Shown here one piece after another: positions 19,357 to 26,917 of a stretch of DNA of 32,387 bases. A program made the position numbers and the translations under genes. Every line of letters starts with the position of its first letter. Positions within the stretch are counted from its first letter, which is position 1. The notes beneath the pieces are model-generated. The model did not search any database. It was not told the origin of the DNA and was given only the letters and a program-made list of their open reading frames with translations. Source of the DNA: Bacteroidota bacterium (GTDB lineage Bacteria; Bacteroidota; Ignavibacteria; T3Sed10-11); NCBI GenBank assembly GCA_007128495.1, contig SKXH01000255.1, positions 1 through 32,387 on the forward strand, given 5' to 3'.

Positions 19357-20112
19357 TTACTGTTTTTTCTCCGAGCCCTTATCTTTATCCTGATCTTTAC
19401 TCTCTTTAGCAGGAGTTTCGGCGCCTGCCGGGGCAATTTTCTTGCCTTGCTTTAATAGAATCAGAGAGTCGATTAATTCTATTGAGCTTTCTTCCATTTC
19501 GATAACGAGTTTATCGATCCTGGAAACAAAATAGTTGTAGAAAACCTGTAATATAACCGCGACGACAAGACCGAACAATGTCGTAAGCAATGCAACGGAA
19601 ATACCGCCGGCGACAATTTCAGGTGAAATGTTCCGTGCTTCACGAATAGCATCGAAAGCCGATATCATACCCTGAACCGTTCCGGTAAATCCGATCATAG
19701 GTGATATAGCGATAAACGTTGATATCCAGATAAGATTTTTTTCCAAAAATGCCATTTCAATGCCGCCGTAGCTGATAATAGCTTTTTCAGCTGCTTCAAT
19801 TCCTTCATCGGCACGAAGAAGACCTGCCTGAAATACACTTGCAACGGAACCACGATTTTTACTGCAAACTTCCAGAGCAGCGTCTACACCACCTTCATCA
19901 AGGGCTTTTTTCACATTGACGAGAAATTTTCTGGTATTCACCGTAGCTTTGCTGAGCGTCCATATACGCTCAAGTGAAAAGGCAAGGCCTAAAATTAAAC
20001 AGCCGAGAATAACGTGCATAAAGTGGCCGCCTTCAACATATTTTTCTTGCAACCAATTTAGTGCCCCAACATCGGCTTGAAGAAGGAAGGTGAAAATGCC
20101 AAATTGATCCAT
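19357..20112 (-). CDS. exbB: MotA/TolQ/ExbB proton-channel protein
   Basis: 251 aa with three TM helices. Conserved C-terminal channel region GGISVALLTTLFGLVVAVILQVFYNYF. GGAGG RBS. Confidence 0.9.
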   Translation of the reverse strand: MDQFGIFTFLLQADVGALNWLQEKYVEGGHFMHVILGCLILGLAFSLERIWTLSKATVNTRKFLVNVKKALDEGGVDAALEVCSKNRGSVASVFQAGLLRADEGIEAAEKAIISYGGIEMAFLEKNLIWISTFIAISPMIGFTGTVQGMISAFDAIREARNISPEIVAGGISVALLTTLFGLVVAVILQVFYNYFVSRIDKLVIEMEESSIELIDSLILLKQGKKIAPAGAETPAKESKDQDKDKGSEKKQ

Positions 20113-20227
20113 TAGTATAATTCCTCCTTAAAGGTTCGAGTTAATTTAATGTGTTATTAGTTTTAATGAATTTAAATTCCATTTTAAAAAGTAGAATAAC
20201 AATTTTTTAAAAGAAAGTCAAATTAAA

Positions 20228-20944
20228 TTACACACCCCCGTACACCTCAATAACCGCTCCGTTTACGCTTTTTGCGACATCGCTACATAAAAACACAATT
20301 GTATCGGCAAGTTGTTCCGGGGTAACCCAATTTTTCATATCCTCAGGATTGCCCCACAACTCATTTGCGGGTGTTTTTATAATACTCGGTGCAATTGCGT
20401 TGATCGTAATTCCGCTTTTCTTATACTCACTTCCGAGTATACGGGAGAGAAAAGCCACGCCTGATTTTGCCACACCATAGGCACCTCGTTCGGCTTCCGG
20501 ATAGATCCCGGGTTTAGCCGATATGTTTATTATGCGTCCGTAATTCTTATCTTTCATACGGCGAATAGCTTCACGGCATGTGAGAAAACAGGCGGTGAGA
20601 TTTCGATCCATCATTTCATTCCATTCATCGAGCGTCAAATCCGTGAATGGTTTCGTATCCATATAACCGCCCACGGCATTGCACAAAATAGCTACATCTG
20701 AAAACTTTTCAATTGCACTATTAAATATATGCGCTACCTGGTCTTCTTGTGTCACATCGGCTTGTACGGTAATGACATTGGATGTGTCATCGAGAATTTC
20801 TTGCGGGATTTGGGATAACTTTTTATCGGATTGGTATTGTAAAACAAGCTTGCAACCTTCGCTGTAAAGATGTTTGGTAACAACTGTTCCGAGTCCGCCG
20901 GTTGCACCGGTAATTATTGCAACTTTGTTTTGAAGTGCCATCAT
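20228..20944 (-). CDS. Short-chain dehydrogenase/reductase (SDR)
   Basis: 238 aa. Cofactor motif ITGATGGLG and catalytic YGVAKSG (YxxxK). Confidence 0.85.
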   Translation of the reverse strand: MMALQNKVAIITGATGGLGTVVTKHLYSEGCKLVLQYQSDKKLSQIPQEILDDTSNVITVQADVTQEDQVAHIFNSAIEKFSDVAILCNAVGGYMDTKPFTDLTLDEWNEMMDRNLTACFLTCREAIRRMKDKNYGRIINISAKPGIYPEAERGAYGVAKSGVAFLSRILGSEYKKSGITINAIAPSIIKTPANELWGNPEDMKNWVTPEQLADTIVFLCSDVAKSVNGAVIEVYGGV

Positions 20945-21012
20945 GTATGTTTTGTTAAAATAATTTATTGGGAAATATAATTTTATAGTTAATAAGATGC
21001 AAGGATTACTAT

Positions 21013-21048
21013 AAAAAAATCCCCAGGGTAGGCAATGCCTACCCTGGG
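21013..21048 (-). terminator. Rho-independent terminator closing the TonB-receptor module
   Basis: Perfect 12-bp stem CCCAGGGTAGGC / GCCTACCCTGGG (21022-21033 / 21037-21048) with a 3-nt loop, followed on the minus strand by a T7 run. It begins 67 nt after the lipoprotein stop codon. Confidence 0.85.
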
Positions 21049-21114
21049 AAATAATACCTTCTATTTGGAAGAATGTAATCTATCCAATAAAATTAATAAA
21101 ACCTGCAATCCAGA

Positions 21115-21588
21115 TTAATCGTGATCCTCAACTTCTATCGCCAATGCGGGAGTCGCCCAATCGACGTGATCTCCATGCCATAATTGAAATAGTATCTCGG
21201 TTTCCCCAACGCTTATCCCCTCGATATCAACATGGTCAATGTGATTGTCGATTTCTATTATTCCTTCAGGTGCTCCATCTGCAAGTTGGGCACGCACTTC
21301 GAATTCGTCACCCAACTGTATTTCATTATTATCTTCGTCGAGAAATCGTATATCAAGCTCGATTTCTTCACCTACGTGTAGATGGGGTAAAGCACCATCC
21401 CAATGCATACCGGCACCTGTTCCGTGTGTATATGCAAGAAGCTCTTCAGTTTCACGATCATATACTTCCGCTGCTACCGGTTCACCGTGTTGATCGTCGT
21501 GAGGGTCGGTGGAACGATCACAACCGGTAAACAATATAATAGCCGGTAAGATGAGGAGTAATCCGAGTGCAAGTATTTTTGAGTTCAT
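21115..21588 (-). CDS. Acidic His-rich lipoprotein of unknown function
   Basis: 157 aa. GGGAGG RBS and lipobox ILFTGC. The mature part has 11 His (PHDDQH, THGTGAGMH, PHLH, NHIDH, WHGDH, C-terminal EDHD) and is very D/E-rich. No family recognised. Confidence 0.7.
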   Translation of the reverse strand: MNSKILALGLLLILPAIILFTGCDRSTDPHDDQHGEPVAAEVYDRETEELLAYTHGTGAGMHWDGALPHLHVGEEIELDIRFLDEDNNEIQLGDEFEVRAQLADGAPEGIIEIDNHIDHVDIEGISVGETEILFQLWHGDHVDWATPALAIEVEDHD

Positions 21589-21642
21589 TACATACCTCCC
21601 TTTTTATTCAAAGAGTTTTTGTTTGTTAACTTTAAAAATTAA

Positions 21643-23997
21643 TTAAAATAGAATTTGATACGACAACTGAATATTTCGTCCCGGCTGCGGTGCGACATCT
21701 TTCACACGTGAAAGGTGATCGCGCCAGACATTATCGGTCGCGTTGTCAACATTCAGGGTTATCGTATGAAGAATATTAAATTGTGTCCATCTATATCCTA
21801 TGCCGGCCCGCAGTAAATTATAAGATGGTGTTGGTGATTGCGGCTTAATGGTTTCTCCCTCATTTATCGGATCGGGTATCGGTGATGGTACACGGTTCTG
21901 TGAATCCGCTCCGGTCCATCCAATTGATGCAAAAAGATGCTTTCCTTCATACCTGAAATTTACATTGCCGTTCAAGGGCGGAATGAACGGCAGCGGATCG
22001 TTGTCTGCTGTCCGGGTCGCGCGTACATAACTGATGGTACCGTCCAGCACGAATTCACCCCCGAGATGTATTTCAATCTGACCTTCAGTACCATAAAACA
22101 CGGCATTATCACTGCGTGCCTGGAAAACAGGATACCTTCTTAACCGGGGATCAATTTCTCCGGTCGGTTCATAGTAGATATAGTTTGAAACATAATTGTA
22201 GAAGAGATTAGCGTCGAATTTTAAGCTCCGCATTTCAGAGCGGATGAAAAGGTCTATACCCGTCCCCACTTCTGCATCCAATTCAGGATTACCGATATCA
22301 TAGGAGAAATCAGCAAGGTGTGGTCCGTCAGAGTATAACTCTTCAATTGCCGGATTTCTAAATGCACGCGCTACGCTCAGTCCTATTTTCCATCCCGGCC
22401 TTATATCATACAGCAGTGCAATTGAACCTGAGAATTCACCAAAAGTACGGCTTGTTACCGGGATTAACCGGTCACCCGATTGTATCGGATCGGTACGGTA
22501 TGGTTCAATTGAAGACCAATCATATCGGAGTCCCACCTGAAATCTGAGTACTCTCCATCCAAACTCTTCGTAAACGAAAGCCGATAATACTGTTTCGGTC
22601 GCCGATCTTGTACCGGTGAATCCTCTCACCGATAAAAGATCGCGATAACGAGCAGAGATGCCCGCCGCTCCTTCGAGAGGTAATATCCCGTTTTCATGTA
22701 TGTGTCGGGCAATTAAACTACCGCTTATAGTAAGCTGATCAAATTCCGCTCCGATGATAGGACGGCCTGCGCCTGTTTCCCCCTCTATTTCTTTGTGAAT
22801 GTAATGAGTCACGTGTCCGTCAAACTCAATATCGCTGAACGGACCGATACCTTCATAGTGGAGTGCGCGAAACCTACCTACACGACGCATGAATTCTGCA
22901 TCCACACCGCCGGCGTGAGCACCGGGAATTTGTATATCGTTAAATTCTCCTGGCACACCATACCGCATCTCATATTGTCTGAACGATGCTCCTGCATATC
23001 CCCAGTCGGTTATCCAGCTGGCACCGGCACTCGCATTATAGCCATCAAGATCGGTCGATGGAAACGTTCCTTCGGGCGTTCTGATATCACCGGCTGTCCT
23101 TCCGCTGATCTCACCACGTAGGGCAAACGAGCCGGCCGGTACGGTGATCATACCTCCTCCGCTTGCGCCGTCATTATATGATTCACCGCGAAGCATTAAA
23201 GTGCCGGATATCCGTTCGGGTATATCACGCGGGATTTCCTCCCTAATAATATTTATTACACCGCCAAGAGCATTACTTCCATAAAGCAAACCTGCCGGTC
23301 CCCGGACTACTTCTACTCTTTCAGTTGTAACAGGTTCTATTGCAACAGCGTGGTCTGCTGAGGTAGTGGATAGATCTCCCGTGCGCTGGCCGTCTTCAAG
23401 TACGAGCACCCGGTCACCTCCCATACCACGAATAACTGGTTGCGTGGCAGCGGCACCGAATGATTGCTGCGAAATACCCGGTAAATGCACCAGTGAAGCC
23501 GGTAACGTTGTTTGCATTTTTTGCTGGTATTGACGTCCACCGAGAACACTCGTCGGTTGATAGGTCTCTGAAACACCACGTTCACGGCCGGTACCGGTAA
23601 CGACTACAGATTCCGATATCTCGAAAACCGAAGGTACCAGGTCAACTGCTATTTGCACGGTATCGTCAGGGGTTACTTCTACTTCCTTTTCGACCGGTGT
23701 ATACCCGATATGCTGAATTGTAACGGTATATTTGCGTACCGGCATGTTGTCGAATTGAAACGTACCATCTTCACGGGAGATCCGGTATCGCCCCGTATCT
23801 TTTAGCCGGATATTAGCAAAAAGAATCGGTTCACCGGTCTCGACATCACGGATAATTCCATGAATGGCCCCGTAATCCCGCTGAAGGTATGGTGGTGAAG
23901 TATAACCATTTTCTCCTCCATAAACGGCAACGGTTATAAAAACAACGAGAGAAAGCAATATGAATATATGATTTCTCATATTGTGTTTGAACCTCAT
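21643..23997 (-). CDS. TonB-dependent outer-membrane receptor with N-terminal CarboxypepD_reg-like domain
   Basis: 784 aa. Signal peptide, then a beta-sandwich N-domain (IHGIIRDVETGEPILFANIRL...YTVTIQHIGYTP). Plug region (ESVVVTGTG...PVIRGMGGDRVLVLEDG) and a long barrel ending in ...LSYQILF. An alternative ATG at 23979 is possible. Confidence 0.9.
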   Translation of the reverse strand: MRFKHNMRNHIFILLSLVVFITVAVYGGENGYTSPPYLQRDYGAIHGIIRDVETGEPILFANIRLKDTGRYRISREDGTFQFDNMPVRKYTVTIQHIGYTPVEKEVEVTPDDTVQIAVDLVPSVFEISESVVVTGTGRERGVSETYQPTSVLGGRQYQQKMQTTLPASLVHLPGISQQSFGAAATQPVIRGMGGDRVLVLEDGQRTGDLSTTSADHAVAIEPVTTERVEVVRGPAGLLYGSNALGGVINIIREEIPRDIPERISGTLMLRGESYNDGASGGGMITVPAGSFALRGEISGRTAGDIRTPEGTFPSTDLDGYNASAGASWITDWGYAGASFRQYEMRYGVPGEFNDIQIPGAHAGGVDAEFMRRVGRFRALHYEGIGPFSDIEFDGHVTHYIHKEIEGETGAGRPIIGAEFDQLTISGSLIARHIHENGILPLEGAAGISARYRDLLSVRGFTGTRSATETVLSAFVYEEFGWRVLRFQVGLRYDWSSIEPYRTDPIQSGDRLIPVTSRTFGEFSGSIALLYDIRPGWKIGLSVARAFRNPAIEELYSDGPHLADFSYDIGNPELDAEVGTGIDLFIRSEMRSLKFDANLFYNYVSNYIYYEPTGEIDPRLRRYPVFQARSDNAVFYGTEGQIEIHLGGEFVLDGTISYVRATRTADNDPLPFIPPLNGNVNFRYEGKHLFASIGWTGADSQNRVPSPIPDPINEGETIKPQSPTPSYNLLRAGIGYRWTQFNILHTITLNVDNATDNVWRDHLSRVKDVAPQPGRNIQLSYQILF

Positions 23998-24078
23998 TTC
24001 AGTATGTATAAAATTTATTGAACCTGTACCGATATATCAGGCCGGTTCATATATTAGGAATAGTTTTTCGGATAAAAT

Positions 24079-24420
24079 TCAGGCAAGGAAAGGTGGTGAA
24101 CGGGGTTCGAAAAGCAGCAGGTAATCTTCACTACGATATGATATGGTATTCTCCGGAGTTACCTCATCAAGAACATAAACCTTCGTTATTATTATTTGCT
24201 CACCCTCAAAAATCGAGGATGTTGTAATACGTGAGCATTTTTGACAATATTGATTATTGGCAAGGTCGGGGTGATTTGCATGGTTACTGCAATGATGACT
24301 ATTGAGATATACAGTTGGATCATTGCTGAAATTATACAGCGCTTCATCGTGGTGATGAAATGCCCCCCCCATGCTCATAACCAGCAACAATGCAAGCAGG
24401 TATGTTGAACCTCTTTGCAT
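24079..24420 (-). CDS. Membrane-anchored/secreted His- and Cys-rich mini-protein
   Basis: 113 aa from ATG 24420 (the track ORF uses TTG 24450). Hydrophobic N-terminus STYLLALLLVMSMGGA, then HHHDE, SHHCSNHANH and YCQKC, with a C-terminal RSPPFLA. Weak RBS. Lies 81 nt upstream of the receptor gene. Confidence 0.55.
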   Translation of the reverse strand: MQRGSTYLLALLLVMSMGGAFHHHDEALYNFSNDPTVYLNSHHCSNHANHPDLANNQYCQKCSRITTSSIFEGEQIIITKVYVLDEVTPENTISYRSEDYLLLFEPRSPPFLA

Positions 24421-24499
24421 ATTTCCGTATGTATTAAATAATTTAAACAAGAAAATAGAAATTAATTAAATTACAATCGTCAGTTTTAATATAGTAAAC

Positions 24500-24530
24500 G
24501 GTATACGGAACTATGTTAGTTCCGTATACC
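24500..24530. repeat. Perfect 14-bp inverted repeat (hairpin) between the HMA gene and the His/Cys gene
   Basis: GGTATACGGAACTA (24500-24513), tgt loop, TAGTTCCGTATACC (24517-24530). The T-rich tract (TTAATTTTTT) follows on the + strand; on the - strand only GTTTACTATATT follows. Confidence 0.6.
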
Positions 24531-24538
24531 TTAATTTT

Positions 24539-24892
24539 TTATTTGCAGCAATCCGGCAGTTGTTCGTATGCCGCTTCGTCACGGTGTGTTTCGTTAGCGG
24601 TATAACCGGCTCTGGCTATTGCTTTCTCAATATCTTCGAGTGTTGTATAATCAGGATTAAAGCTCACTGTTGCAACTCTTTGGTCGAAGTCTATTCGCAT
24701 ACCTTCAACACCTTCAACCCCGGCAGCGGCTTGCTGGACATTAGCGACACACATTTGACATTGAACTCCTTCAAGTGTTATTGTCTCGGTATGTTGAGCT
24801 AAAGCAGCAGCTTCGTCGGATTTTTCCTCTGCTCCGCACCCTATGAGCAGGAACATACCAATAATCACCGGAATGACAGCTAATTTCTTCAT
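24539..24892 (-). CDS. Heavy-metal-associated (HMA) domain lipoprotein
   Basis: 117 aa. GGAGA RBS and lipobox FLLIGC. Ferredoxin-like HMA pattern with the metal-binding GVQCQMC motif and ...IEKAIARAGY. An extra C-terminal Cys pair (LPDCCK). Confidence 0.8.
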   Translation of the reverse strand: MKKLAVIPVIIGMFLLIGCGAEEKSDEAAALAQHTETITLEGVQCQMCVANVQQAAAGVEGVEGMRIDFDQRVATVSFNPDYTTLEDIEKAIARAGYTANETHRDEAAYEQLPDCCK

Positions 24893-25199
24893 AAATACAG
24901 TCTCCTATCACTTTAAAATGGTTAAAAAAATAATATACAATTTTTTAAACTGAAAATAAAGACAATAGAGTCGAATATTAAAAAACATCAGTACTCTTAT
25001 CCGCGTTCCAGGTAATTTTTTATGAGTGCATTTTTAATAATACCTCTGTTTTGAAAACGTATACAACAGACGGAATTTATAATTTCACAGCCGCGACCTC
25101 GCCTGTTTAGTGTTAAGAACGTTTGCCACATAGAGAGTGTTTTACTATATTTAAACATAACTACACCAAAAACCCCGGGTAAATATAGGAGTTATAAAA

Positions 25200-25751
25200 A
25201 TGAACGGACGAGTAATTAACGCAGCCGTTGTGATTTTTCTTCTTTTATCACCGTTAGCTGTTGCAGAAGAGATGAATGATGAACTCACCATAGGTGCAAA
25301 AGCCCCCGATTTCAACCTCCCCTATGCAACGAAGGATGAAATAGTTTGGGATGGATTACAATTATCAGATATTACCGGAGAATCGTTTATCGTACTTGCT
25401 TTCTATCCGGCAAACTGGAGCGGCGGGTGCACCGAGCAGTTATGTGCATACCGTGACAATTTCTCTGCTCTCCAGGATCTCGATGCCACCATTCTCGGTA
25501 TCAGCGGGGATTATGTATTTTCTCATCATGAGTGGGCGAAGCAGGAAAACTTTCCCTTTAAACTATTAAGCGATCATTTTCATAATGTGGGGAAATTATA
25601 TAACAGCTATAATGAAGAACGCGGTTTTAACAAACGAACTATATTTGTGGTCGATAAAGAAGGCAAGATTGCATATATTAATATGGAATATAGTGTTGCC
25701 GACGACAGGGATTTCATAGCATTAAAAGATGCATTGCGAAGTCTTCAGTAA
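25200..25751 (+). CDS. Exported Bcp/PrxQ-type peroxiredoxin
   Basis: 183 aa. GGAG RBS and signal peptide (AAVVIFLLLSPLAVAEE). Active site FYPANWSGGCTEQLCAYRD (CxxxxC). Confidence 0.85.
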   Translation: MNGRVINAAVVIFLLLSPLAVAEEMNDELTIGAKAPDFNLPYATKDEIVWDGLQLSDITGESFIVLAFYPANWSGGCTEQLCAYRDNFSALQDLDATILGISGDYVFSHHEWAKQENFPFKLLSDHFHNVGKLYNSYNEERGFNKRTIFVVDKEGKIAYINMEYSVADDRDFIALKDALRSLQ

Positions 25752-25837
25752 CCATTGTTGAAATTATTTAATATTTTAGTGTATATTGTATAAACCAAAT
25801 CAGTAAAACAACATCAATTTATTGAGGTTTTTTTGGA

Positions 25838-26896
25838 ATGAAACAAATCGCGCTCTGGTCATTATTTGTCATTATATCATTCGGTGTACTAACAACCACA
25901 ACTTCTACAGACCCTGTTGATTCCCCCCTCCCGTTTGAAGGTGAACAGCATTTGCAAAACATACGGCAATTAACGTTCGGGGGAACAAACGCAGAGGCAT
26001 ACTTCTCATTCGGTCAGGATCAATTGGTTTTTCAATCGACACGCGACGAGTTTGAATGCGATCAAATTTATACGATGGACCTGGACGGTTCCAATGTCGA
26101 GCTTGTGAGTACCGGAAAAGGACGCACTACGTGTGCTTATTTTCTTCCGGGCGATAGCTTGATATTATATTCATCGACACACGCTGCTTCCGATGATTGT
26201 CCACCGCCTGTTGACCGCTCTCTCGGTTATGTTTGGAAACTATACGATGAGTTCGATATTTTTCTGGCGCGGTTTGACGGTACCATTGAAAAGACCCTAA
26301 CAAGTAGTCCGATGTACGATGCCGAAGCTACCGTATCACCAACCGGCGATCGTATCATTTTCACCTCACTCCGTGACGGCGATCCAGCTTTATATACAAT
26401 GAACCTCGACGGCAGCGATCTCCGCAAACTCACCGATAGAAAGGGATATGAAGGCGGAGCATTTTATTCACTTGACGGGGAGCAGATTGTTTATCGTGCA
26501 AACTACCCCGAGACAGAAGAAGAAATCGCGGATTACAACCGGTTGATGGAAGACCGGATGCTTCGTCCGATGCGACTTGAAGTATATGTTATGGACGCTG
26601 ACGGTTCCAATGTTCGTCAGGTAACGGATCTGGGTGCTGCGAGCTTTGCCCCCTACTTTCATCCTGATGGTGAGCGTATCATCTTTTCTTCAAATTACGG
26701 CGATCCGGAAGGGAGAATATTTAATCTTTACATGATAAATACCGACGGAACTAATTTGAAACAAATAACTTACTCCAATTCATTCGACGGATTTCCGGTA
26801 TTCTCACATGACGGAAAAACGTTAGTTTGGGGTTCGGGTAGAAATGCACAAGCACCTCGTGAAGTTAACGTATTTATTGCAGATTGGGTTGAATAG
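25838..26896 (+). CDS. TolB-like PD40 beta-propeller protein (exported)
   Basis: 352 aa with an N-terminal signal. Four PD40-type repeats are visible: MDLDGSNVELVS, MNLDGSDLRKLT, MDADGSNVRQVT and INTDGTNLKQIT. Confidence 0.8.
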   Translation: MKQIALWSLFVIISFGVLTTTTSTDPVDSPLPFEGEQHLQNIRQLTFGGTNAEAYFSFGQDQLVFQSTRDEFECDQIYTMDLDGSNVELVSTGKGRTTCAYFLPGDSLILYSSTHAASDDCPPPVDRSLGYVWKLYDEFDIFLARFDGTIEKTLTSSPMYDAEATVSPTGDRIIFTSLRDGDPALYTMNLDGSDLRKLTDRKGYEGGAFYSLDGEQIVYRANYPETEEEIADYNRLMEDRMLRPMRLEVYVMDADGSNVRQVTDLGAASFAPYFHPDGERIIFSSNYGDPEGRIFNLYMINTDGTNLKQITYSNSFDGFPVFSHDGKTLVWGSGRNAQAPREVNVFIADWVE

Positions 26897-26917
26897 ATCA
26901 GTGAAGGAGCTATAACT

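Noticed and set aside
21144-21530. 128-aa + strand ORF antisense to the His-rich lipoprotein gene
   Set aside because: The minus-strand ORF has a strong GGGAGG RBS, a lipobox and a terminator. The + ORF has none of these.
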